A DNA stretch of 64,000 nucleotides from an uncultured Gemmatimonadales bacterium (GCA_963728705.1 CAVSLY010000024.1:7357-71356); one strand, 5' to 3'. Counted from the first letter of the stretch, positions 9,286-21,723 are shown. A program made the numbers and translations. The notes: a model not told the origin generated them from the sequence alone.

Positions 9286-9858
9286 TCAATCGGGGAGCGG
9301 CAGGCTCCGTGCCACGGACGGCATCTGTGGCGCCGTCTTCGAGCGCATCGCCGAGACGATCACGATCGCGATCCCGAGCCCGATGATGACGTCGCCGATG
9401 CTGAAGACGTTCGCGAACGGGACCCACGTCGGAAGCGCGAAGATGTCGGTCAGGGGCGCCAGGGCCGGGTCGGCGATGAAGATGCTGTTCGAGTAGGTCG
9501 ACGGGTCGGGGGGGCCGCCCATCGCCGCCGCAGCGGCGGCACTCGCCGGCATGTAGCCACCGTTCGCGACGATCGCGGCCAGGTTGCTCGCGGCCCCCGC
9601 GGCGACCACGAGCATGCCGGTGATCCCGCGGTTGGCCACGATCGCCGCGATCACCGCGGCCGTCGAGGCCACGTAGATCGGCGGCCCGAGGGCGCCGATG
9701 CGCTCGGTCACCGGATCGGAGAACAGCACGATCTGGATGAACAGGCCGCCGACGATGACCCAGGACCAGCGAAGGTGCAGATCGGCGAGACCAGCTGGGC
9801 GTCCGCCCACCAGGAAGCCGACGACGAGGCCGATCAGGACGGCATAGAGGATGAACAC
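9286..9858 (-). CDS. DUF5317-family membrane protein (putative LspA-like aspartic peptidase)
   Basis: Multi-TM; GGRPAGLADLHLRW, GAASNLAAIVANGGYMP, PLTDIFALP, NVFSIGD; strong SD aaggaaggt before GTG. Confidence 0.8.
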   Translation of the reverse strand: MFILYAVLIGLVVGFLVGGRPAGLADLHLRWSWVIVGGLFIQIVLFSDPVTERIGALGPPIYVASTAAVIAAIVANRGITGMLVVAAGAASNLAAIVANGGYMPASAAAAAAMGGPPDPSTYSNSIFIADPALAPLTDIFALPTWVPFANVFSIGDVIIGLGIAIVIVSAMRSKTAPQMPSVARSLPLPD

Positions 9859-9877
9859 GGCACCTTCCTTGGGCGGG

Positions 9878-12557
9878 TCAGCTCGCGAGCGGGTCGGCGG
9901 TCCGCGCCGCCGCGGGCCACCGGTCGGCCGCGGTGCGCCGCGGGCCCAGGAGCGGCCGGCCCTCGGCCAGGATCGCCGTCATGTCGCCGGCCTCCTGCGG
10001 TCGTGAGAGCAGGTAGCCCTGACCATACTCGCATCCCAGCTCGTGTAGACGGCGGAACTGCCCGGGTTCCTCGATGCCCTCGGCGATGATGGTCAGGCCG
10101 AGCGTGCGGCCCAGGGCCACGATCGCCCCGGCGAAGGCCCAGTCCTCCTCGCTCTCGGCCGGCCCGATGAACTCGCGCGCGATCTTGAGGATGTCCACCT
10201 GGAACCGGCGCAGGTACCCGAGCGACGAGTAGCCCGGTCCCGAAGTCGTCGATGGCGATGCGGACCCCGAGCGCGCGGATGGCCTCGAGGCGGGAGATCG
10301 TCGTCGGCGGTGTCGTGGAACATGACGGTCTCGGTCATCTCCAGGACCAGCTGCCGGGCGTCAGCCCGGTCTCGATGAGGATGGCCTTGAGATCGTTGAC
10401 GAACGTCGGCTCCTGGAGCTGTTGCGCCGACAGGTTGACCGACATCGTCAGCAGCTGGCCGGGCGGGCCGATGGCGGACCACGCTGCCGCCTGTCGGCAA
10501 GCCTCCGACAGCACCCACCGGCCGAGCGGCAGGATCATGCCGTTCTCCTCGGCGAGAGGGACGAACTCGCTCGGGCCGATCAGGCCGCGAACGGGATGCC
10601 GCCACCGCACGAGGGCCTCGACGCCCGTGACCCTCGCCCGGGCAGCGAAACGATGGGCTGGTAGTACACGGCCAACTCGCCCGCGCCCAGGCTCCTCGAC
10701 AGCTCAGCGCTCAAGGCATGGCGCTCGACGATCGCCGCGTGCATCGTCGGCTCGAACACCGACACGCGGTTCTTGCCCGACGCCTTGGCGGTGTACATGG
10801 CGACGTCCGCGTTGCGAAGCAGCTCGTCGGCCCGCTCCGTCCCGAGCCGTGCCGCGGCGATGCCGATGCTGGCTCCGACCGTGGTCTCGTGCCCGTCGAC
10901 GGAGAACGCCGCTCGCATCGATTCGATGATGCGGTGGGCGACCGCCTCGGACTCGGACAGGCCGGGGTCGTCGTCGAGCAGCACGGCGAACTCGTCGCCC
11001 CCGAGCCGGGCCGCCACGTCATCCGTTCGCAGCACGGTCCGCAGTCGCGATCGCGACGTCCGCGAGGAGTCGGTCGCCGGCGGCGTGGCCGAGGGTGTCG
11101 TTGACGACCTTGAAGTCGTCGAGGTCGAGGAAGAGCACGACCGGCATCTTCTCGCTGGGATGCCCGATCCGGTCGACCACCTTCTCGAGGAACAGGGTCC
11201 GGTTCGGGAGGCCGGTCAGCGGATCGTGGTACGCCTGATAGCGCAGCTGCTCCTTCAGCCGGGAGAGCTCGGCGAGCGACTGCTCGAGGTGGCCGTTCTC
11301 GAGGGCGACCGCCGCCTGGTTGGCGAGCGTCTCGAGCAACCGCAGGTCGTCCTCGCTGAACATCGTGCCTTCGGTCAGGCGATTGCTGATGATCAGCGAG
11401 CCGATCGTCTCGGACTCGCCGCGCAGGGCGCTGACCATGTGGCGCGACACGCGACCGTTGGGGTCGTGGGTCTCGTCGAAGAACGGGCCGCTCGACGCGC
11501 CGATGCGCTGGTGGAGCGGGTCGTCGATGTAGTCGCGGTCCGGGACCATCACCTCGGGCTCGCGTTCGTGCCACGACCGGGTCCGGAGGGCATCCCCGTC
11601 GCCGGCGCGCGGGTACAGGACCACCTCGGCGAGCTCGGCGCGGAACATCGTGCGGGCATGGCTCAGCAGCGCCACCAGCGTCGAATCGAGCTCGGGCGAG
11701 TGCTGCAGGATCCGCGACGACTGGTAGAGCAGCTCGAGGCGCTCGTGCTTCTCGCGCTCGGACACGTACGCCTGGTACGCCAGGAAGACCATGACCAGTG
11801 GAAGGACCAGCAGCCAGAGCAACATCGGGTTGAGCCACAGGGCGGCCACGGCCAGCAGGGCCAGGCTCGTGTTGGCCAGGGCGACCATCAGTCCGAACTG
11901 GATCATCTCGGGCAGCTTCCGGAACTGCGGTGCACCGCCGGAGAGGGTGATCACGGTCGCGATCGTGATCGAGCTGATGATCGTCGCGGTCGAGGTCGCC
12001 GCGAAGGCGGCGACCCATTCACGGATGCCGGGCACGCCGACCCGCGGCACGAGCGACGAGACGATCGTGTACGACACGACCGCGATCAGGGCGAAGTTGG
12101 CGAGGTTGAAGGCGATCTTGATCGGCCGCTGCGCCGAGGCGAACAGCATCGCGGCGGCGGAGCCGGTGAGCACGGCGATGAGGTAGTCGGGCGGCGACAG
12201 GAAGAACAGGCCGATGACCGCGGGGAACTCGCTCAGCGAGAACGAGTGGGTCTCACGCCGGAAGTGGACCTCGACGACCTTGAGCTCCGCCACGGCGAAG
12301 GCCAGGGCCAGGACCGGCCACGGAACGTTGAGTGGCGCTGAAGGGACGGGGACGTCATGGAGCTGCGCGAAATAGATCGCGAAAGCCACGAGCGCGAGCA
12401 CGAGCGTGAGGCCCCACACCCGGGCGACCGCCGGGATGGTGGATGCGCCGGCCTGCAGTCGATGCGAGGTCGATCCGTCGCGCAGGCGATGCGTGATTCG
12501 CCCGCGGACGTGGTTCGCTCGGCCTCGGTCCGAAATCCCCCGGATCCGAGTCGACAA
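9878..12557 (-). CDS. Membrane-sensor GAF-GGDEF-EAL protein (diguanylate cyclase/phosphodiesterase), several frameshifts
   Basis: About 6-7 N-terminal TM helices, GAF ([22 protein letters not shown]), [52 protein letters not shown]; start (TTG) approximate. Confidence 0.93.
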
Positions 12558-12804
12558 GGTGATGCCGCCCCCTTGGTGTGTTCGCGTGAGGGAAGGTGGT
12601 GACTGGGACGGTTGTACCCCCCTGAGCCGCCTTCTGCGCACACCCGGAGGTACTCCGGGCGATAGGACTATCGGTGTACCGCGGTGTCGTGCAGGCGCTC
12701 CCGGACGACGATCGGGACCACCTCGCGACAGGCGGCGCCGGACCCAACCCCCGTCCGCTGGTAGGCTGGCGGCCTCATCCGACCCCGTGGAGATCCGCCG
12801 CACC

Positions 12805-14269
12805 ATGACCTCGAGCCAGCCCGTCACCGCCGCGTCACCGCGCACCATCGTCGAGAAGATCTGGACCGACCACGTGGTCAGCCAGGACCCGGGTTCGCCG
12901 GCCGTCCTCGCCGTCGACCTGCACCTCGTCCACGAGGTGACCTCGCCACAGGCCTTCACGGGCCTCCGCGAGCGTGGCCTCAAGGTGCGCCGGCCGGCGC
13001 AGACCGTCGCGACCGCCGACCATTCGATCCCGACGACGCCGCGCAACCTGCCGATGCTCGATCTGCAGGCGGCGGCGCAGATCGGCCAGCTCGAGCAGAA
13101 CTGCCGCGACTTCGGGATCCCGCTGCACGGGATCGGATCACCGTCCCAGGGCATCGTCCACGTCATCGGCCCGCAGATGGGCCTGACCCAGCCCGGCATG
13201 ACGATCGTGTGCGGCGACTCGCACACGAGCACGCACGGGGCGTTCGGGGCGCTCGCATTCGGCATCGGGACGAGCGAGGTCGAGATGGTCCTCGCGACCC
13301 AGACCCTGCTCCAGCGCGACCCGAAGACCTACGAGGTCCGCATCGATGGCCGCCTCGTTCCCGGCGTGAGTGCGAAGGACATCATCCTCGCGCTGCTGGC
13401 TCGGATCGGGGTCGGTGGCGGCACCGGGCACGTGTTCGAGTACCGCGGCGAGGCCATCCGCGCCCTGACCATGGAACAGCGCATGACCATCTGCAACATG
13501 AGCATCGAGGGCGGCGCCCGCGCCGGGCTCATCGCCCCCGACGACACGACGTTCGAATACGTGCACGGCCGGCCCTACGCACCGCACGGCGCCGCATGGG
13601 ATGCCGCGCTCGCGCGCTGGCGGCGAGCTGCCGACCGACGACGGCGCCACCTACGACAAGTCGATCACCATCGACGCGAGCGCCCTCGAGCCGATGGTCA
13701 CGTACGGCACGAACCCCGGCATGGGCATCCCGATCACGTCGCGCGTCCCGTCGCCCGCCGACGAGCGCGACCCGGCGGCGAAGCGCGCATTGGAGCGTGC
13801 CCTCGAGTACATGGACCTGCGCCCGGGCCAGCCGATCATCGGCCAGAAGGTCGACGTGGTGTTCGTCGGCTCGTGCACGAACGGCCGGATCAGCGACCTG
13901 CGGCTCGCGGCCGCCGCGCTCAAGGACCGCCACGTGGCCGATGGCGTCCGACTGATGGTCACGCCCGGCAGCGACGAGGTGAAGCGCGAGGCCGAGGCCG
14001 AGGGCCTGCTCGAGATCTTCAAGGCGGCCGGCGCCGACTGGCGCGAATCCGGCTGCTCGATGTGCATCGCGATGAACGGCGACCAGCTGCAGCCCGGGCA
14101 GTACGCCGTCAGCACGAGCAACCGCAACTTCGAGGGTCGCCAGGGCAAGGGCGGTCGGACGTTCCTGGCGTCGCCGCTGACCGCCGCGGCCTCGGCGATC
14201 GCCGGCGTCGTGACGGACCCGCGGACGCTGCCCGGCATCGAGACCCTCGCGGCCGTCGGCGGTCGCTGA
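12805..14269 (+). CDS. leuC: 3-isopropylmalate dehydratase large subunit (frameshift near 13620)
   Basis: [54 protein letters not shown]. Confidence 0.97.
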
Positions 14270-14272
14270 GCC

Positions 14273-14898
14273 GTGGCCGAGCCGCTCCGGATGTTCACGA
14301 GCAAGGTCGTGCCGCTGCACGCCGAGAACGTCGACACCGACCAGATCGTGCCCGCGCGCTACCTCAAGGTCACCGACAAGGCGGGCCTCGCCGAGGCGCT
14401 GTTCCGCGACTGGCGCTTCGAGGAGGACGGCTCGCTCAAGGACCCGCCGTTCGTGCTGGACCGGCCGGGCATGGCCGGGCGCGCAGATCCTGCTCGTCGG
14501 CGACAACTTCGGCGCCGGCTCGTCACGTGAGCACGCACCATGGGCGCTGACCTCGTGGGGCGTCCGCGCCATCTTCTCGACCGGCTTCGCCGACATCTTC
14601 CGCAGCAACAGCCTGAAGAACGGCGTGCTGCCGATCGTGGTCACGCCCGAGATCCACCAGCGCCTGTGGGACATCGTCGAGCAGGACCCGGAGGCGAGCT
14701 GACGGTCGACCTGGCCGAGGAAGGCGTCCTGCTGCCGGACGGATCGACGATCGACTTCGAGATCGACCCATTCGCGAAGCGGATGCTGCTGGCCGGGACC
14801 GACGAGCTCGGCTACCTTCTGTCGAAGGAGGCACGACATCGAGGCCTGGGAGGCCGCGCACCCGCCGCGGGTCGATACGCTCGCCGGGAGCGCGCTGA
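14273..14898 (+). CDS. leuD: 3-isopropylmalate dehydratase small subunit (frameshifted; end approximate)
   Basis: [60 protein letters not shown]. Confidence 0.93.
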
Positions 14899-14942
14899 CC
14901 TCAGCGGAACCGCCGCGGAACGGCCTCGGTCGTCTCCGCGGC

Positions 14943-15457
14943 ATGAACGACATCCGCCGCTCCCGGCGCCTCTACGTCGGCCTCCTCTCCCTGGCGCTGG
15001 TGCTGGTCGCCTGTTCGACGGCCGCGACACCGCCGACCATGCCGCCGGCGTCGGCCCCGCCCGATGCGCCCGTGACCGCCCCGCCCAGCGACGGCTCCGG
15101 CGACCCCGGTGGCAACGCCGGCGCCAAGCTCATCGTCCCGAAGCCCGGCCAGCTCGACGTCCACGACGTCCCGGCCAATCGCTCGAGGCCCGCGTCGAGG
15201 GCTCGACGATCATCGTCACGGCCAACTGGGTGAGCGGCGTCGAGCCGTGCAACGTCCTCGACCAGGTCGCGGTGACGGCGGGCGAGGGCTCCTACGCGAT
15301 CACGCTGCGCGAGGGTCATGGGCCCGAGGAAGTGGCGTGCATCGCGATCGGCGAGTTCCACAAGACCGAGATCACGATCCCGAACGTAGCGCCGGGCACC
15401 TACCAGATCACCGACGCCACCGGCGGCGCCGCCCCGATCGAGGTCACCGTCAGCTAA
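14943..15457 (+). CDS. Hypothetical lipoprotein (frameshift near 15180)
   Basis: Lipobox LVA|C, Pro-rich linker, domain WVSGVEPCNVLD...EEVACIAIG with two Cys. Confidence 0.65.
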
Positions 15458-15562
15458 CCCAACGTCACGCCGAACCGCGCGACCGCCAACGCCCCGGGCG
15501 CACTGCCCGGGGCGTTCGAGCACCACCAGCCACTTCGGGCGACCTGTGCGACCATCCCGCCA

Positions 15563-16744
15563 GTGAACCCACTCGACCTGGTCGCCATCGTCCTGGTGGT
15601 GCTCGCCGTCCTGCTGGGGTTCCGATCGGGGGCCCTGCCCCAGGTCGGTGGCCTGCTCGGCGCGGTCGGCGGCGGCACGCTTGCCGTTCTCTCCCTGCCA
15701 CTCCTCGTCGAACCGCTCGGGAACCTGCCAGCGGGCATCCGGCCCTTCGTCGTCCTGGCCGGCCTCCTGGCCGCCGTCGCCATCGGTGAATCGATCGGGT
15801 CGGCACTCGGACGGAAGGTCGCCGGGACCCTGGGCAACGGCGTGCTGGGCGCCGCGGACCGCGTCGCGGGCGGCCTGACCGGTGCTGCGCAGGCCCTGCT
15901 GATCGTGTGGCTGGCGGGCGGCCTGCTGGCGATCGGCCCCATCCCGCGCCTCACCGAGGCAGCCCAGAACTCCACGACGATCAGGACCTTGAACGCTGCC
16001 CTGCCGCCACCGGTCGAGATCGCAGCCGAGCTCGGCACCCTGCTCGATGCGTCCAGCCTGCCCGAGGTGTTCGTCGGCTTCGAGCCGCTTCCGCTGCCAC
16101 CCGTCGACCCGCCCGCCGACTCCACCGCCCGGGCGATCGCGAAGCTCGCCGAGGCCAGCACGGTCCGGGTATCGGCCGCCACCTGCGGCTTCGAGTCGTC
16201 GGGCAGCGGCGTCGTCGTCGAGGATGGCTACGTCGTCACCAACGCGCATGTCGTCGCCGGTGCGAACGCTCGGGGCGTCCGCGTTACCGGCGTCGCCGGG
16301 CAAGTCGACGCGCTCGTGGTGCTGTTCGATCCGGCGCTCGACGTTGCCGTGCTCCACGCTCCGGACCTGCGAGCGGTCCCGCTCCGCTTCGCCCCCGCCG
16401 ACCCGAAGCGCGGTGCCGTCGGCGCGGCACTCGGGTATCCGGGCGGCGGGAGCCTGACCGTCGTGCCCGCCGCCGTGACCGGTGCGTACCCGGCGACCGG
16501 CCGGGACATCTACGACGAGGACACCGTCCGCCGCCGAGTCCTCGAGCTTCGCGCGCAGATCGACCGCGGGGACAGTGGCGGGCCATTCGTGCTCCAGGAC
16601 GGCACGATCGGCGGCCTGGTCTTCGCCGAGGCGCGGACAGATCCGGAGGTGGGCTACGCGCTCAGTCCGACCGCGGTCGCCACCCGCATCGAACCGGCGC
16701 TCGAGCGGACCCGCGGCGCCGACACCGGGGAGTGCCTGCACTGA
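15563..16744 (+). CDS. MarP-family membrane serine protease (CvpA-like TM + trypsin domain)
   Basis: N-terminal TM helices; triad TNAHVV / DVAVL / GDSGG. Confidence 0.88.
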   Translation: MNPLDLVAIVLVVLAVLLGFRSGALPQVGGLLGAVGGGTLAVLSLPLLVEPLGNLPAGIRPFVVLAGLLAAVAIGESIGSALGRKVAGTLGNGVLGAADRVAGGLTGAAQALLIVWLAGGLLAIGPIPRLTEAAQNSTTIRTLNAALPPPVEIAAELGTLLDASSLPEVFVGFEPLPLPPVDPPADSTARAIAKLAEASTVRVSAATCGFESSGSGVVVEDGYVVTNAHVVAGANARGVRVTGVAGQVDALVVLFDPALDVAVLHAPDLRAVPLRFAPADPKRGAVGAALGYPGGGSLTVVPAAVTGAYPATGRDIYDEDTVRRRVLELRAQIDRGDSGGPFVLQDGTIGGLVFAEARTDPEVGYALSPTAVATRIEPALERTRGADTGECLH

Positions 16745-16750
16745 GGACGG

Positions 16751-17167
16751 TCAGGGGCGACGGTCTGCCTCTAGTCGGGCGAGGCGCTTCGCGACTGCTT
16801 CGAGCACGGCCATCTGGATGGTCGGGAAATCGCTGAGCAGCGTGTGAAACTCCCGGTGGCCCACAACGAGCAGACGGCATGGCGTTGTGCACGTCGCGGT
16901 CGCGGTTCGTGGGACTTTGCCGAGTAGCGCCAGTTCACCGAAGAAGTCGCCCGGGCCCAGGACGCGCGCATGCTGGCCATCCTGGTCGATGCTGACCGTG
17001 CCAGCGATGATCACGAAGAACTCGTCGGCCGAGGCGCCCTGACGGGCGGCCACACGACCGGCTGGGAGCTCGACCTCATCGGCCAGCCGACCGACTTCTT
17101 CCAGGCCATGGCGGTCGAGCCCGGCGAGCAGCGGGACCTTCGACAGCAACTCGAGTTTCTGATCCAT
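16751..17167 (-). CDS. Stand-alone cyclic nucleotide-binding domain protein
   Basis: LLSKVPLLAGL...LGPGDFFGELALLGKVPRTATA. Confidence 0.88.
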   Translation of the reverse strand: MDQKLELLSKVPLLAGLDRHGLEEVGRLADEVELPAGRVAARQGASADEFFVIIAGTVSIDQDGQHARVLGPGDFFGELALLGKVPRTATATCTTPCRLLVVGHREFHTLLSDFPTIQMAVLEAVAKRLARLEADRRP

Positions 17168-17298
17168 ATTGACGATCGCCCTCCTGCCAACCAAGGATCT
17201 CCGAGATCGGCGTCGCGGCAGCATACGCGTTGCCGGCGGCGCGGGGAAGCGGTCAAGTCATGCCGTCTCGGGGCTGTGCCCGCCCTATGCTCCTTAAG

Positions 17299-18969
17299 AT
17301 GCCACGCGTAGGAGCCGGCCTGGACCCGGCAATCGATGCGCTCCGTACGACGGTCGATGACCCTGGGCTGCGGAGGCTGACCGCTGCCTGGGTCGCGGTC
17401 ATCGCCGGAAAGTGGGCGTTCCTCGTCACGACGCTCGTCATCGTCTATCAGGCAGGGGGTGCGGTCGCCGTCGGTCTGCTTGGCTTGGCCCGCTTCCTGA
17501 CCCCGACCCTGATCGCCCCGTTCGCCGGGTTGCCCACGGTCCGCTGGCGGCCAGAGGCGGTTCTGCGTGCCGTGAACACGATCAGGACCGGGACCATCGC
17601 TCTCGGAGCCGCGGCGGTGGCGCTTGGTCTACCGATGCAGATCCTCTTCGCCCTGGTCGCGCTCGAAGCTGGCGTCGGGGCGTTCACCCGGCCTCTCCAC
17701 ATGGCCCTGTTGCCGGCGCTCGCGCGCACGCCGCGGCAGCTGGTCGCAGCGAATGTGACATCGAGCGCCGCAGAGGGCCTCGGCACCTTCGTCGGCCCAG
17801 CTCTCGCCGGCGTGTTGCTCGCACTGGCCGGGCCGGTGGGGGCGATCCTCGCGGTGGTCGCCATCTACGCGATCGGCGTCGCGTCGATCGCCCGACTGCA
17901 CGTTCCGGCCGTTGGCCGCTCCGAAACCACCGCGCGAGCGGCGCTCGGACAGCTCTCGGCGAGGTGTCAAGGCTCTCGCCGCGCTGCCTGGACCACGCCT
18001 CATCGTGCTCGGCCTCGGGCTGCAGACGTTCGTGCGTGGTCTGCTCACCGTCCTGGTCGTCGTCGCAGCGATCGACATGCTCGGGATGGGCGAGCCCGGC
18101 GTCGGCGCCCTTAACGCAGCGATGGGACTTGGGCGGTCTGGCCGGAGCGGTCGCGGGCGATCGCGCTGGCTGGTCGCGACCGCCTCTCACCGGCCTTCGG
18201 GCTGGCGCTCGCCGGGTGGGGAGCCCCGATCGTCGTCATCGGTCTGGCTCGTTCATCCCGCCGTCGCGCTGCTGGCCATGCTCGCGATCGGGGTGGCCAA
18301 TGCCTTCATCGATGTCAGCGGGTTCACCCTGATCCAGCGGATGACGCCCAACGCCAGCCGACTGGCTGTCCTGGGTCTCATCGACAGCGTGGCCAACGGA
18401 GGCGTGGCGCTCGGCGGGGCTCGTCGCTCCGCTCCTTATCGAGGTACTGGGGGTCCGCGGCGCAATGATCGCGATCGGGTCTTATCCTGCCGGTCGCGAC
18501 GCTTCTCATCGCCCCCGCGCTGCGGCGTACGGATGAGGGCGGCGCGGCCGATGTCCGACGGGTGGAACTGATCCGCGGCGACGCGCTCTTCGCGCCGCTC
18601 TCGCTGGCGACGGTCGAGCATCTGGCGTCGGCCCTCCAGCCCGCCCACATGGATGACGGCGATTGGCTTATGCGGGAGGGCGAGTCCGGCCAGGCATATG
18701 TCCTCATCGACGCGGGGAGGTCGAGGTCTCGCAGGCGGGCCGAGCCATCCGTGTCCTGGGCGCTGGCGACGGCGTCGGGGAGATCGCCCTCATGCAGCGA
18801 CGTGCCAAGAACGGCATCCGTGCGCGCGATGGGGCCCGTTACCGCTTTCAGTCTGGGGCGCGAGGCCTTCCTCGAAGCCGTGGTCGGGCACGCCACAAGC
18901 CGGGCTGAGGCCACGTCGCGCGTCGAGGAACGCCTCGCGGCGGACACGGAGCGGCGCGCCTTAGACTGA
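17299..18969 (+). CDS. MFS transporter with C-terminal cNMP-binding domain (frameshifted)
   Basis: Multi-TM MFS body; C-terminal LFAPL...GDGVGEIAL...PRTASVRA. Confidence 0.8.
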
Positions 18970-19009
18970 CGAGCCTACCTCGCGATGCCGGGACGAGCCC
19001 ACCCCGACC

Positions 19010-20815
19010 ATGCCTCGGAGACACCACTCGAAATGCGACCCCTCCGACTCGCAGCACCCGTACCAGCGCCCGTCCGACCCCGCCAAGCGCCATTCGGCGG
19101 CCCTCACCGACGGCCCGGACCGCGCCGCCGCGCGCGCGATGCTCAAGGCCATCGGGTTCACGGACGACGACCTGGCGAAGCCGCTGATCGGCGTGGCCAC
19201 GACCTGGATCGAGACCATGCCGTGCAACTACAACCAGCGGCGGCTCGCGCAACACGTCAAGGACGGCATCCGCGCGGCCGGCGGCACGCCGATGGAGTTC
19301 AACACGGTCTCCGTCAGCGACGGCGTGTCGATGGGCACCGAGGGCATGAAGGCCTCGCTCATCAGCCGCGAGGTCGTGGCCGACTCCATCGAGCTCGTCG
19401 TGCGCGGGCACCTGCTCGACGGCGTCGTCTGCCTGGTCGGCTGCGACAAGACGATCCCGGGCGCGGCGATGGCCCTGGGCCGGCTCGACCGGCCGGGCGT
19501 GATCCTCTACAACGGCACGATCTATCCGGGCACCTACAAGGGTGTCCGCAACGCGACGGTCGTCACGGTCTTCGAGGCGATCGGGGCCTACCGCGCGGGC
19601 AAGATCACGCTCGACGAGCTGTACGAGGTCGAGCAGGTCGCCTGCCCCGGTCCGGGCGCCTGCGGCGGCCAGTACACCGCGAACACGATGTCGACCGTGA
19701 TGGAGTTCATGGGCCTCTCGCCGGCGGGACTCAACGGCATCCCGGCCGAGGACCCGGCCAAGGACGAAGCCGCTCGGCAAACGGGCGAGCTGGTGATGGA
19801 CCTCGTCCGACGCGACGTCCGGCCCTCCGAATTCGTCACGCGCAAGTCGCTCGAGAACGGCATCGCGTCGCGTCGCCGCGACCGGCGGCTCCACCAACGG
19901 CGTCCTGCATCTGCTCGCCATCGCCCACGAGTTCGGCGTGCCGCTCGACATCGACGAGTTCGGCGCCATCGCCGACCGCACGCCGACTCATCGCCGACAT
20001 GCATCCGGGCGGCCGCTACCAGGCGGCCGACCTGTACGACGCCGGCGGGATGGAGCTGGTCATGCGCGAGCTGCTCAAGCGCGACGGCCTGCTCCACGGG
20101 GACCTGCCGACCGTCGACGGCCGGACGATCGCGGAGATCGCCGCGGCGGCGAAGGAGACGCGCCGGCCAGAAGGTCGTCCTCCCGATCGAGACCCCGTTG
20201 AAGACGACCGGCGGCCTCGCGATCCTCCGCGGCACGCTCGCCCCGGACGGCTGCGTGGTCAAGCTGGCCGGCCACGAGCGCCGGCTGCACCGCGGCCCGG
20301 CCCGCGTGTTCGACTCGGAGGCGGCGTGCTTCGAGGCCGTCAAGGAACGCCGGATCGTCGCCGGCGACGTCGTCGTCATCCGCTGGGAGGGCCCGGTCGG
20401 CGGGCCCGGCATGCAGGAGATGCTGAGCGTCACCGGGCGCGCTGGTCGGCGAGGGCCTGGGCGACAGCGTGGCGCTCATCACCGACGGCCGGTTCTCGGG
20501 CGGTACCCACGGGCTGATGATCGGCCACATCGCGCCGGAGGCCGCGCTCGGCGGGCCGATCGCCGTCGTCCACGAGGGCGACGAGATCGTCATCGACGTC
20601 GACCGCAAGGCGGTCGACCTGGACGTGCCCGCGGACGAGATCGCGCGGCGCCTCGCCGCCTGGACACCGCGCCCGCCGAACTACCCGACCGGCGTGCTGG
20701 CCAAGTACGCGGCCCTCGTCGGGTCGGCGTCGCAGGGCGCGGTCACGACCGGGCCGCGGATGACGGCCAACCTCTCGGCCGAGCGGCCCGGGCCGTTGAG
20801 CGGACCGCCCGTTGA
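19010..20815 (+). CDS. ilvD: Dihydroxy-acid dehydratase (frameshifted; ends approximate)
   Basis: [67 protein letters not shown]. Confidence 0.96.
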   Translation: MPRRHHSKCDPSDSQHPYQRPSDPAKRHSAALTDGPDRAAARAMLKAIGFTDDDLAKPLIGVATTWIETMPCNYNQRRLAQHVKDGIRAAGGTPMEFNTVSVSDGVSMGTEGMKASLISREVVADSIELVVRGHLLDGVVCLVGCDKTIPGAAMALGRLDRPGVILYNGTIYPGTYKGVRNATVVTVFEAIGAYRAGKITLDELYEVEQVACPGPGACGGQYTANTMSTVMEFMGLSPAGLNGIPAEDPAKDEAARQTGELVMDLVRRDVRPSEFVTRKSLENGIASRRRDRRLHQRRPASARHRPRVRRAARHRRVRRHRRPHADSSPTCIRAAATRRPTCTTPAGWSWSCASCSSATACSTGTCRPSTAGRSRRSPRRRRRRAGQKVVLPIETPLKTTGGLAILRGTLAPDGCVVKLAGHERRLHRGPARVFDSEAACFEAVKERRIVAGDVVVIRWEGPVGGPGMQEMLSVTGRAGRRGPGRQRGAHHRRPVLGRYPRADDRPHRAGGRARRADRRRPRGRRDRHRRRPQGGRPGRARGRDRAAPRRLDTAPAELPDRRAGQVRGPRRVGVAGRGHDRAADDGQPLGRAARAVERTAR

Positions 20816-21723
20816 GCGGGTCGGCGCGACACATCCCGATCGGGATCAAGACCTCGCCCCAGGCCGTCGACTGGCCGACGCTCGACGCCGCGTGGGCGCG
20901 CATCGGCGAGCACGAGGTATTCGAGTCGGTCTGGATGAACGACCACCTGACCGACGTCTCGCGGAACGCCACGGCCCGAGCCTCGAGGCGCTGACCGCGA
21001 TGGCCGCCCTCGTCCACCGCGTCCCCGGCAAGATGGGTCGGGCACGCGGTGCTGTCCGACACGTTCCGCCACCCGGCGGTCCTCGCCAAGGCGGCGACGG
21101 TCATGGACCACGCGACCGGCGGCCGGTTCATCGTCGGCCTGGGCGCCGGCTGGCACGAGGGCGAGCACCTCCCGTTCGGCATCCCGATGCCGCCGATGCC
21201 GGAGCGCTTCGACCGGTTCGAATCGGCCGTGCACGTGCTCCGGGCGCTGTGGTCGGAGGCTGCGTCGGCGCCGCCCGGCGTGACGCGCCCGGACCCGTTC
21301 TACCCGCTCACCGAGGCGACCAACGAGCCGGCGCCGCTGACGCCAGGCGGCCCGCCGCTGTGGCTGGGCGGGCAGAAGCGGCGGGGGATCGCGCTGGCCG
21401 CCGCGGTCGCCGACGGCTGGGCGCTCCCCGCGGTCGTCTCGCTCGGCAACCCATCCGACCTCGGCTACTTCAGCGAGAAGCGCGACGCGATCCTCGCCGC
21501 GCTCGATGCGATCGGGCGGGATCCGTCGACCTTCGAGCTCAGCGCCCAGGTCCCGACCGGGACGACCGCCGAGGACCGCCGCTGGGCGCTCGGCCAGGCG
21601 CTCGAGGCGGTCGAGCGCGGCGCGACGCACGTCATCCTCGGCATGCCGCCACGTCTCGGGGCCGCCGGCGTCGACGCCGTCGCCCGCGACGTCGCCGAGC
21701 CGTTCCGCGACGCGATCGGATGA
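20812..21723 (+). CDS. LLM-class flavin-dependent oxidoreductase (frameshifted)
   Basis: [47 protein letters not shown]. Confidence 0.87.
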
